A DNA stretch of 64,000 nucleotides, from positions 143,397 through 207,396 of the forward strand of contig JAVBME010000007.1 of the NCBI GenBank assembly GCA_031552765.1, read 5' to 3'. Every line of letters begins with the position of its first letter. The first letter of the stretch is position 1. The stretch comes from Acidaminococcales bacterium. GTDB taxonomy: Bacteria; Bacillota; Negativicutes; Acidaminococcales; JAISLQ01. Positions 45,614 to 53,947 of the stretch are shown in pieces. The notes beneath the pieces were generated by a model. It was not told the DNA's origin, searched no databases, and was given only the letters and a program-made list of their open reading frames with translations. A program made the position numbers and the translations under genes.

Positions 45614-46467
45614 AAGCCAGCCAACTCCTCTTTTATCGCGTTAAGGCTCTCAGACAGGGAGCTTTTTTTCACGCCCAAAACAGTCCTGCTCCAGTCGTCG
45701 TCAAGTGAAAGGTCAGGAAAAATAAAGGGCGCCGTCCCGCGTAAAGAAGCCAAGACCAACTCTTTGGGATAACCGAAAACTTTCGCCACCGTCTGGGCAA
45801 ATTCGTAGCGGGACACTCTTTCTCCCGCGCAATGAAACACCCGCCCGGCAACTCCTTTTTCCAGTAAAGTCGCTGTAAAAGCACAAAAATCCCCGCAATA
45901 TACCGGTGAATAAAAAGCGTCAGAAAAACAGTCAGCAGCTTCTCCTTCTTTAAAACAGCCTAAGATGTATTGCAAGAAAGCCGCTTGCGAGCTGTATAAA
46001 GCACTTATACGCACGACACAGAATCTATCTGAAGAGGCTAATCCTATCTGCTCGCCTAGCAGTTTACTCTCGCCGTACACTGTGGCCGGATCTGGCTGGT
46101 CTGTCTCTTTGTAGCCACCGCTCAAACCGGCAAATACATAGTCACTTGACAAGTAGATGACCGGCGTAGTTGGAAAAGCGGAAAACAGGTATCTCAAGCT
46201 GTTGCCGTTAGCTAAAAACGCTTCATTTGGGTGTTGCTGACAATATTTTATATCCTTGCTGCCATTAGCCAGGATTATATGGTCGGGCACGACCTTTTGC
46301 GCCAGGCGTTTTACATCATCTTCTTGGGTAAAATCACAAGTAAAGTTCTGCCCATCCTCCCTAGCGCTCCTGCTGGCACCGTGTACCTCATATTCCTTTT
46401 GCAAAAAAGCGCTTAGTTGGCGGCCGATATAACCGGTATGACCGGCCAGGAGTATCTTTTTTGCCAT
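45610..46467 (-). CDS. RmlD-like NAD(P)-dependent sugar reductase (SDR)
   Basis: ILLAGHTGYIGRQL and YGESK (YxxxK). Start moved to ATG 46467, 5 nt after a GGAGG SD. Confidence 0.75.
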   Translation of the reverse strand: MAKKILLAGHTGYIGRQLSAFLQKEYEVHGASRSAREDGQNFTCDFTQEDDVKRLAQKVVPDHIILANGSKDIKYCQQHPNEAFLANGNSLRYLFSAFPTTPVIYLSSDYVFAGLSGGYKETDQPDPATVYGESKLLGEQIGLASSDRFCVVRISALYSSQAAFLQYILGCFKEGEAADCFSDAFYSPVYCGDFCAFTATLLEKGVAGRVFHCAGERVSRYEFAQTVAKVFGYPKELVLASLRGTAPFIFPDLSLDDDWSRTVLGVKKSSLSESLNAIKEELAGL

Positions 46468-46468
46468 A

Positions 46469-48418
46469 TCAGCCTCCACTCTGCATGCTGGTTATAGGCA
46501 ACGCCGTTTGCCAGACTGGATGAGACAGGTCGTAGAGCGGAAGTATGCGCGCGCGCGGCTGGAATTTTTCCAGATTTTTGTATATATCCGATCCGGATGC
46601 TGCGGCGGCGATAATGATAGTTGAAACGCCTTCTTCTTCGATCAAGCGGCCCACATCCTCATAGCTGAATACCTGCCAATTCGGCAAAGGCGGCTCCGCG
46701 AGCGCCGCGTCCACAACACCGGCAAAACAAATTTCCGGATAACCTTTCAGTAAACGGAAAATATCTTCGGCCATCAGCCCACGTCCGCCATAGAGCAAGA
46801 ACTTTTCTTGCACATATCTGTCATTATCAAATAGCTGGCGTAAAAAAGCGATAAACTGCGGCGCTTTTACCTCTTCCGGGCAATCGCCTACTACTTTGTA
46901 ATCGCCTGTAAGCACCCCGCTATGATAATAAGGTAAATTCAGTACTGCTTTCCTATCTTGCAAAGCAGTGTAAACCTTTTCCAGTAAACACCCCGGAATA
47001 AAAACATTATCCAAAAGCGCCATTTTACCTTTGCCAATATCTACGGTGAAAAGGTTTTCCCTGATGTAAGAAATCACCCAGGGATGATAGCAACTGGCGT
47101 CTACTATCTCAGGCAGAACGACGCCGCTGATATTTTGCCGGTATCTGATAAGCGGCTCATCATGCAGTGTAGCTGTTTGCAAAAAAGTGCGTCCCCAGAT
47201 TAGAGGTTTTCCGGTCTGAAATCTGCTCAAACCCAAAAGATCATATTGGGTGTTAACTACTAGTTTTTTGTTGCTGATAAAGTGTACCCAGTCCGGTTTT
47301 TTCTGCGTTTGGCAAAGTTTTTTCAATTCATAGAATAAATCTGATGGCCGTTCTAAAACAATCTGCTCGACCTGGCAGGCTGTTTTTTCCAGGCTATTTT
47401 TAGGCGGCCAAAGAGTGGCCGCTTTAACCAAAAGCTCTTTTACCCGCATAGACATCGTATGTTTGCTATGCGCGGCCTCGCAAGCCTTTTGCGCTATATA
47501 GAGGCGCTTTTCATCATGCTTAAGATAATAAGCTATCTTTTCTCTCAATTCATCAGCGTCACGGAAAAATACTATCTCTTGGTCTTCTTTAAATATTTCG
47601 GCAAGTTCCGGGTTATAGTTAGTCATCTGAAAAGCGCCCGCGCCGGCAACCTCAAAATGGCGCAACTTGGTCTGGTAGCCCCCGGCCTTGCCATCAGCGG
47701 AAAAGCCTGGGTTGACTACGATCTTGGCCTGATGGTAAATGTTTACCATCTCTTGAGTGCTCCGCCGCCCGCGGGCATATGCATGGAGCGTAGGATGCCG
47801 ATCCCACCAGCCGCCAAATAAGTCAAATCTACAACCTATATCCCGGCAGATCTCACTTACTTTTACCAACACCTGCTGGCGGATAAAGCCGTCTCTTATG
47901 TACAGGTTGGGGTTTTCCGGACTGGCTGAATTGACGCCGAAATAAATGACATCATAGTTTTTCTTAGTGTTGCCGCCAGGTTTGAATATGCGCTGATTAA
48001 AACCCCAGGGAAGAAACATTATTTCCCCGGTATATCCTGCGTTTATCCGACGCTCCAGGCCTTTTTTCGATTGGGTAGCGATAAGAGAAAAGCGGTGGTC
48101 GTATTTTTCATTCAGTGAAAACCAGATCTCCGGCTCATCGTCAGCATAAAAGGTTAACACCGGTATATTATATTCGCGTAACCGCTCGAAAAAAGTATCG
48201 GAAAAGTCATAGTTGACCGACTCCGGGTAAAAAAACACGTAGTCGTAGCTATTTTGCCGTAAAATATTGAAGATATATTGCTGGCAAAAATCCTTACCAT
48301 ATGCTTTTACCAGAAGGGAAACATCCACAAGATGCGTCTCGGCCAGTTCTTTTAGTGGCTCGACCCAATTTTCTACTATGTACTGTATGGATACCGCCCC
48401 GATCATCAGGATACGCAT
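46469..48418 (-). CDS. CgeB-family glycosyltransferase-like protein with about 300-aa C-terminal extension
   Basis: KLRHFEVAGAGAFQMTNYNPELAEIFKEDQEIVFFRDADELREKIAYYLKHDEKR matches the CgeB/Glyco_trans_1_2 pattern. The C-terminal half is unassigned and ends in a Rossmann-like module. Confidence 0.65.
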   Translation of the reverse strand: MRILMIGAVSIQYIVENWVEPLKELAETHLVDVSLLVKAYGKDFCQQYIFNILRQNSYDYVFFYPESVNYDFSDTFFERLREYNIPVLTFYADDEPEIWFSLNEKYDHRFSLIATQSKKGLERRINAGYTGEIMFLPWGFNQRIFKPGGNTKKNYDVIYFGVNSASPENPNLYIRDGFIRQQVLVKVSEICRDIGCRFDLFGGWWDRHPTLHAYARGRRSTQEMVNIYHQAKIVVNPGFSADGKAGGYQTKLRHFEVAGAGAFQMTNYNPELAEIFKEDQEIVFFRDADELREKIAYYLKHDEKRLYIAQKACEAAHSKHTMSMRVKELLVKAATLWPPKNSLEKTACQVEQIVLERPSDLFYELKKLCQTQKKPDWVHFISNKKLVVNTQYDLLGLSRFQTGKPLIWGRTFLQTATLHDEPLIRYRQNISGVVLPEIVDASCYHPWVISYIRENLFTVDIGKGKMALLDNVFIPGCLLEKVYTALQDRKAVLNLPYYHSGVLTGDYKVVGDCPEEVKAPQFIAFLRQLFDNDRYVQEKFLLYGGRGLMAEDIFRLLKGYPEICFAGVVDAALAEPPLPNWQVFSYEDVGRLIEEEGVSTIIIAAAASGSDIYKNLEKFQPRARILPLYDLSHPVWQTALPITSMQSGG

Positions 48419-50238
48419 GGACTGCCCCCAGGATAAATATGCCCATTGCTGGCTATCCCAGCCAGGATACGCCCGCCGATATCCTCTGCGACCTTGTGGG
48501 CCTGGCCGTATTGCACTCCGGTAAGATTGCTGTACGGCACTATCGCCCCGGAAAAACCATGTTTTTCTTTCAATGCCGCGGCTTTTTGCTTAAGCATTGC
48601 CTGGTCAAAGTTTCCAGCTTCGTTAAAAATATGTATATTTTCCTGACCTAAAACCTCTTTGAATTCCCCGGCAAAACGCTCATGCGAAAAAAGGTGGATA
48701 TCATAGCCGGTTTTCAATAACGTTTTTACTATTTCACGCGTAAAAGCAAACATGGCCGATTGCAACACTACCACTCTTGAGCCTTGCGGCAATTCTCCCA
48801 AAGTGTTTTTCAAATCAGCGGCAAATTGCGCGCTGTTGACAGACCTAATGGCTATGCTCTGCCGCCAGCGACGCATGGCTTCAAGGCGCAACTCTTCAAG
48901 ATCTTCCCCCGTCAAAGTCTCTGTGCGGATGACCGCAGACGAAAAGCCGTTATAGGCGTCCCAGCCCTTGCCGGTCAACCAGCCTTTTTCTTTATATATC
49001 TCATACATTTTGGTGCCGGGAAAAGGAGTGGCGATGGAAAACTGCGCCGAATGAGCGGGCAGCTCACAGGCCAGCCTGATGGTATCTTCTATGGTTTCGC
49101 GCGTATCGCCCGGGTGGCCAATGGTAAAAGTCAAATGTATCTTTATACCTAAGTCGTATGTCAGTTTGATCATTTTCACAGCTTGTTCGACATTCATGCC
49201 TTTTTCTATATTTTTTAAAATATTGGTACTAGCCGATTCCAAGCCATAGTTCATGCTGTATATATTCGCCGCTTTCAACTCATGCAGCAGTTCTTCCGTC
49301 ATCAAGTCCGGTCGGCTCATCGTTCCCCACATCAAAGAACTGAAACCGTTTTCTTTCATCATTTTAGCGACTTTTTTTACATGGTCGGGCCGCACATTGA
49401 AAGTATCGTCATCGATAAAGATGCTTTTATAATCATGTTTTGCCAGTTGGTCTTTTATTTCCGCCGCAATATCATCTACATCACGTAGCCGGTGTTTGCC
49501 GTTTTTATAAAGCACCTGCGGCCACACGCAAAATATACAGCCAAACGGGCAACCCCGGCTGGAGTGTATTTGCAGCTGCGGTTTGGCCAGACCGCAAAAA
49601 TCAGCGTAATAACTTTCGTTGGGCAGGGTATCGCGCAGCGGCCAGGGCAGTTTTGCCATATCCAAAGGCTCGCCGATGGCATTTTTTATTACTTGCCCAT
49701 TGTGCCGGTAAATCAAATTAGGTATGCCGGCCAAATCTTTTCCGTCTCGCAAAGTTACGAGCAAATCAGTTACAGCTTGTTCATATTCGCCATATACAAT
49801 ATAATCAACGACCGTTTGTTCCTGCAAAAAAGCTATATCTTCCAGTTCGGAATGTATGCCTGTCAAAATTATGGTGATACCGGGTTTTATCTTTTTTAGC
49901 TGTTTACATATATCTAAATCATTACCCAAACAGGGCGTAGCTGTTTCCATGACATAAAAATCCGGACTGTAATCTTTAAAAGCAGCATAAAAATCATCAT
50001 ATGTCTCGCCTAGAACAATGGAATCACGAACGCATACCTCTAGCCCTTCGTTTTTTGCCATCGCTCCCGCAATGGCCAGGAAAAAGGGAAAAGGCAAAGC
50101 TGTGGCCACCAGCGAACTGCCGAAGGTTTCTTTCATGTAGGCCCACCGCGATCCCGCCCTTATGCCCAGCCAGCCGGGCTCTCCACCTTTAGCCGCTTTA
50201 TACCACGGCGGGTTTGCAAACAGTACTTTCTCGGTCAT
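48406..50238 (-). CDS. B12-binding-domain radical SAM enzyme (class B) with C-terminal extension
   Basis: N-terminal cobalamin-binding-like domain. SSRGCPFGCIFCVWP (CxxxCxxC). About 150-aa C-terminal Rossmann-like extension. Confidence 0.85.
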   Translation of the reverse strand: MTEKVLFANPPWYKAAKGGEPGWLGIRAGSRWAYMKETFGSSLVATALPFPFFLAIAGAMAKNEGLEVCVRDSIVLGETYDDFYAAFKDYSPDFYVMETATPCLGNDLDICKQLKKIKPGITIILTGIHSELEDIAFLQEQTVVDYIVYGEYEQAVTDLLVTLRDGKDLAGIPNLIYRHNGQVIKNAIGEPLDMAKLPWPLRDTLPNESYYADFCGLAKPQLQIHSSRGCPFGCIFCVWPQVLYKNGKHRLRDVDDIAAEIKDQLAKHDYKSIFIDDDTFNVRPDHVKKVAKMMKENGFSSLMWGTMSRPDLMTEELLHELKAANIYSMNYGLESASTNILKNIEKGMNVEQAVKMIKLTYDLGIKIHLTFTIGHPGDTRETIEDTIRLACELPAHSAQFSIATPFPGTKMYEIYKEKGWLTGKGWDAYNGFSSAVIRTETLTGEDLEELRLEAMRRWRQSIAIRSVNSAQFAADLKNTLGELPQGSRVVVLQSAMFAFTREIVKTLLKTGYDIHLFSHERFAGEFKEVLGQENIHIFNEAGNFDQAMLKQKAAALKEKHGFSGAIVPYSNLTGVQYGQAHKVAEDIGGRILAGIASNGHIYPGGSPCVS

Positions 50239-50396
50239 CGTTTCGCGTCTCCTCGTCTAAGCTTTATTATTTATAAAACATTATGCATTTTCACACAACG
50301 CTGTGCCACTCCAGGCATAAAATAAAAAGTGCTGTTCAAATATGGAAAAAAGCTTTATAGTAAGTTATATAAAACCACGAAAGGATGCTACTCGAC

Positions 50397-51482
50397 ATGC
50401 CCAAAACAGCTCTTATCACAGGCGTCACAGGCCAAGACGGCGCATATCTGTCCGAATTTTTACTCGGTAAAGGGTATCAGGTACATGGCATAAAGCGGCG
50501 CTCTTCACTTTTTAACACTACCAGAGTAGATCATCTGTATAAAGACCGGCACGAAGACGATCTTAATTTTTTCCTGCATTTCGGCGATATGACAGACGCC
50601 ACCAACCTCATCAGGATCATCCAGCAGGTGCAGCCGGACGAAATATATAACCTAGCAGCGCAAAGCCATGTACAGGTGTCATTCGACACGCCGGAATATA
50701 CCGCAAATGCCGATGGCTTGGGTACTTTGAGGATACTCGAAGCGATAAGGCTGCTCGGCCTGCAAAACAAGACCCGCTTTTACCAAGCTTCGACCAGTGA
50801 GCTATTTGGCCTGGTGCAAGAGACGCCGCAAAAAGAAACTACGCCTTTTTACCCGCGCAGCCCGTATGCCGTCGCCAAGCTTTACGGCTACTGGATAACG
50901 GTCAATTACCGTGAAGCTTATGACATATATGCCTGCAACGGCATACTCTTCAACCATGAATCGCCGCTCAGGGGCGAAACTTTCGTCACCAGGAAAATAA
51001 CCCGCGCGGTCGCCCGCATCAAGCTGGGCCTAGAGAAAAAGTTCTATCTGGGAAATCTTTCGGCTAAGCGCGACTGGGGTTATGCGAAAGATTATGTAGA
51101 AGCCATGTGGCTAATGCTCCAACAGGAAAAACCGGAAGACTTCGTCATCGCCACAGGACGCACCCATACAGTACGCGATTTTGTTGAACTATCCTTTAAA
51201 GAAATCGGTATAGACATATGCTGGCAAGGCCAGGGGCTTGATGAAAAAGGTATAAACAAATCGACCGGTCAAATACTTGTAGAGGTGGACCCCTTTTATT
51301 TCCGGCCGACCGAAGTAGACCTTCTTTTAGGCGATGCCAGCCGCGCCAAAGAAAAATTGGGCTGGCAGGCTAAAACAACCTTGGAAGAGCTCTGCGCCAT
51401 GATGGTCAAAGCCGACCTTGAAGAAGCTGAGCGCGACCTTTTGTGCAAACAGCAAGGCTACAGCATCCGCAATAATGAATAA
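50397..51482 (+). CDS. gmd: GDP-mannose 4,6-dehydratase
   Basis: [61 protein letters not shown]. Start is ATG 50397, with ATG 50385 as an alternative. Confidence 0.9.
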   Translation: MPKTALITGVTGQDGAYLSEFLLGKGYQVHGIKRRSSLFNTTRVDHLYKDRHEDDLNFFLHFGDMTDATNLIRIIQQVQPDEIYNLAAQSHVQVSFDTPEYTANADGLGTLRILEAIRLLGLQNKTRFYQASTSELFGLVQETPQKETTPFYPRSPYAVAKLYGYWITVNYREAYDIYACNGILFNHESPLRGETFVTRKITRAVARIKLGLEKKFYLGNLSAKRDWGYAKDYVEAMWLMLQQEKPEDFVIATGRTHTVRDFVELSFKEIGIDICWQGQGLDEKGINKSTGQILVEVDPFYFRPTEVDLLLGDASRAKEKLGWQAKTTLEELCAMMVKADLEEAERDLLCKQQGYSIRNNE

Positions 51483-51490
51483 TATATTTT

Positions 51491-51525
51491 AAGAGCCTGC
51501 GCCAGATTGAAGCAGGCTCTTTTAT
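51491..51525. terminator. Bidirectional terminator between gmd and pseG
   Basis: AAGAGCCTGC-N11-GCAGGCTCTT hairpin between convergent stops. Confidence 0.6.
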
Positions 51526-51539
51526 ATCCAGGCCCTTAA

Positions 51540-52607
51540 TCACGACAAAATACTATTTACCAGCTCTTTTTGCCCCTCCCGGCCAAAATTTGAAGCCCTG
51601 AGGCATTTGTCGCCCATTGCTTTTAGTTTTTCCGGCGCGGCCAGGTAGCGTTCAAGCGTAGCCTTGATAGTTATTTCCGTAACGTCCTTGGCTTCGCCCA
51701 GGTAGTCTAGCCAGCCTGCTTTGTCGGCTTCTATGCAGCCGCCGGTCTGGTTGTCGGCGATAGATACCACCAATGCCGGCAAACCGAGAAACCGGCGCTC
51801 CCAGCCGGTCGTACCGCCGGCGCCTATCGCGATATCGGCTTGCTGCATCAGCTTTGGCATATAATCTATCTGGCAGTGGAATGCCATGCCCTCTTTTTGG
51901 CAAAATGCCCTTATATTATCTTTATCGAAATTACTGGCGCCGACCACTACATTTACTTGTATATTTTTTTTGCCCAGGCTGCTTATCGCCCTGAGCGCTT
52001 TCATGGTCTCGCCCCCGGCGTCGCCGCCGCCAAAAAAGACCAGTATATTATTTATCGAGCCGTCGCGCCGCCGCAGGTTTTCCCGCGCCTGGTAAAATTC
52101 TTCCCGCAGCAGGAGGTATTTTGTGCCGAGAAAAAGTTTGCAGCCTGCGGTAACCAGCTTTTCATAGCGCGCTTTTATGTCACAATTTTGATCCAAAAGC
52201 ATGTCGCAATCATGAGGGCGGTCGGCCAGGTCGTCTATCACCATTATTTTTTTCACATAAGGCCGCATAGCCTTTTCCCAAGTCCCGTCCAAAGCGTAAT
52301 GGTCAACTATCAAGCAATCCGCCCGAGGCATTTGTGCCAATAAATCCGCCGTTTCCTGCGCATCAAAAGCGGCGCTCACACCCAGGAGTTTTTCATAACC
52401 GCTAAGCGGGGCGTCATCTTTATTATTCAGCATAAGTACTGTAAAACCGGCCTTTGCGGCAATGCCGGACAGATTCCCCGGCAGGTCCCGGCAGACAAAG
52501 AAAATAGCCGCCTGTTCTTTGAGCGCGTCCGCCAAAGTCAAGCAGCGCATCAGATGTCCCGAGCCTATTTGCCTTGACGAATCCGCACGAAAGATTACAT
52601 TTCCCAT
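51540..52607 (-). CDS. pseG: UDP-2,4-diacetamido-2,4,6-trideoxy-beta-L-altropyranose hydrolase (PseG family)
   Basis: VIFRADSSRQIGSGHLMRCLTLADAL is the characteristic PseG N-terminus. GT-B fold length fits. Confidence 0.8.
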   Translation of the reverse strand: MGNVIFRADSSRQIGSGHLMRCLTLADALKEQAAIFFVCRDLPGNLSGIAAKAGFTVLMLNNKDDAPLSGYEKLLGVSAAFDAQETADLLAQMPRADCLIVDHYALDGTWEKAMRPYVKKIMVIDDLADRPHDCDMLLDQNCDIKARYEKLVTAGCKLFLGTKYLLLREEFYQARENLRRRDGSINNILVFFGGGDAGGETMKALRAISSLGKKNIQVNVVVGASNFDKDNIRAFCQKEGMAFHCQIDYMPKLMQQADIAIGAGGTTGWERRFLGLPALVVSIADNQTGGCIEADKAGWLDYLGEAKDVTEITIKATLERYLAAPEKLKAMGDKCLRASNFGREGQKELVNSILS

Positions 52608-52676
52608 AATCGAAATCCCGGCTCCAATATAGTCTTTTCCTATGCTTTAATACTTTGTTATTATACCATTTTACCT

Positions 52677-52718
52677 ATATAAAAGCAAAACCACCGGCAG
52701 ATTCGCCTGTGGTTTTGC
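52677..52718 (-). terminator. Terminator after the DUF190 gene
   Basis: GCAAAACCAC-N14-GTGGTTTTGC followed by TTTTAT on the minus strand. Confidence 0.55.
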
Positions 52719-52737
52719 ATATTCACTCTTTTCAGGT

Positions 52738-53103
52738 TTACTCTTCCCCGTCTTCACCCGGCAGAGAAAAGTCAGCGCTGTAGGCCAACACATTTACTTC
52801 CTCAGAAGTCAGCAATCCTTTTTTAAGGTTTTCTTTTAAAAAACCGCGCAACAATTCAAGTTTTTCTTTTTTATCGATTAGTTCCACTACTACCGGCAAA
52901 TCAGATGACAGGTCGAGGAATTTCGAAGCGCGTATCTGCCTGGTATTGGCGCCGTAGCCTTCCATACAGCGAAACACCGTGCCGCCGGCGATATCCAGCT
53001 TGCGCGCTTTTTCGAGGATAGCCCGGTACATAGGCTTTTTGTTGTAGTACTCTTCTTCGCCGATATAAATACGCAATCTTACCGCTTTTCCCGTGAGCGC
53101 CAT
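52738..53103 (-). CDS. DUF190 (PII-like fold) protein
   Basis: LRIYIGEEEYYNKKPMYRAILEKARKLDIAGGTVFRCMEGYG pattern typical of DUF190. Confidence 0.75.
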   Translation of the reverse strand: MALTGKAVRLRIYIGEEEYYNKKPMYRAILEKARKLDIAGGTVFRCMEGYGANTRQIRASKFLDLSSDLPVVVELIDKKEKLELLRGFLKENLKKGLLTSEEVNVLAYSADFSLPGEDGEE

Positions 53104-53252
53104 AAAACACCACCCCTACCCGCATAATATTATTTCATATTCATAATATAACATATTTACGGATTTTACGCAAAGGCGGGAAAGCCCCTGTTTGCAGCGC
53201 CGCCTTTTTTTTGCTAAAATAATATTATCAACAAGTGAGGAAGTGATCTTTC

Positions 53253-53375
53253 ATGAAAAAGACCGTTATCGTATTAATATTGCTGCTTAGCGCATCTTTA
53301 TTGGCCGCTCCATTGGCCGGCGCTCACCGCAACAGCCATTGCAGAGAAGGCGGCGGCTATTGCGATAGATATTGA
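53253..53375 (+). CDS. Possible 40-aa secreted peptide precursor
   Basis: Own translation: MKKTVIVLILLLSASLLAAPLAGA/HRNSHCREGGGYCDRY. It has a signal-peptide-like N-region and H-region and an AGA cleavage context. SD is GAGGAAG. The stop overlaps the next start (TGATG). Confidence 0.35.
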   Translation: MKKTVIVLILLLSASLLAAPLAGAHRNSHCREGGGYCDRY

Positions 53376-53722
53376 TGATGGATTATATTATCAATATTGC
53401 CGCGCCCTTTATCGCTTTTCTTTTTCTCATGCTGCTCTCTTTGGCAGCCAGCAGTTTTTGGCTGGCGCTGGCTTTAAACGCCGCCCTGTTTTCTTTTTGT
53501 CTTTACCGGCCGGACTTGCCGGCCCTCTTGCCCAGCGTCACGGTCTGGGCGGCGGTCATTATCGCCTACTTTACGGCGCACTGTTTTGACAAAGATGTGC
53601 GTATCCTCAAAGGACCGGAGGGACGAAAAACATCTTGGCGGAAAATGCTCATTTCAGAGTATGGCTCATTCCGCGCCTGGTCCAAAAGCAAGTTTGGTTT
53701 AACAAAAACAGGCGCATTGTAA
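53375..53722 (+). CDS. Small membrane protein (about 115 aa, 3 TM), unknown function
   Basis: ORF 53372..53722. ATG 53375 is coupled to the upstream stop. Hydrophobic N-terminal two thirds. Confidence 0.5.
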   Translation: MMDYIINIAAPFIAFLFLMLLSLAASSFWLALALNAALFSFCLYRPDLPALLPSVTVWAAVIIAYFTAHCFDKDVRILKGPEGRKTSWRKMLISEYGSFRAWSKSKFGLTKTGAL

Positions 53723-53758
53723 GAAATGCAGCCATTACCAGTTTAATATTTTTCAGTT

Positions 53759-53787
53759 ACAGCCGGCAAATTGCCGGCTGTTTTTTC
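53759..53787 (+). terminator. Rho-independent terminator
   Basis: CAGCCGGCAA-A-TTGCCGGCTG followed by TTTTTT. Confidence 0.8.
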
Positions 53788-53868
53788 ATCATATGAATAT
53801 ACCTGGCTGTATGAGAATTTTGCTTCCTGCAAAATTCTCTACAGCCTTTGTTGTGTCCCCGCAGTATA

Positions 53869-53897
53869 TTGACAAAGGAAAAACTCAATGCTAGTAT
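53869..53897 (+). promoter_or_regulatory. Candidate sigma-A promoter of the HMGL-like operon
   Basis: TTGACA (53869-53874), a 17-nt spacer, then TAGTAT (53892-53897). An overlapping TATAAT lies at 53895-53900. Confidence 0.45.
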
Positions 53898-53898
53898 A

Positions 53899-53917
53899 AT
53901 GATATATGATATATCAT
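53899..53917. promoter_or_regulatory. Perfect 19-bp palindrome, candidate operator
   Basis: ATGATATAT-G-ATATATCAT immediately downstream of, and overlapping, the -10 element. Confidence 0.45.
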
Positions 53918-53947
53918 TTATTATTATATAAAAAGGGATGTGGATGC

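Noticed and set aside
53104-53250. Possible fluoride (crcB-motif) riboswitch upstream of the DUF190 gene, and a GC-rich element followed by T8 (53175..53212)
   Set aside because: DUF190 genes are often fluoride-regulated. However, the minus-strand leader lacks the conserved GAUGG and CUGAUGAUGCCUAC-like cores as far as I can recall them. The GGCGG..CCGCC+T8 element has only about a 5-bp closing stem with a 20-nt interior and no upstream gene on its strand, so I did not call it a terminator or riboswitch. An Infernal scan would settle this.
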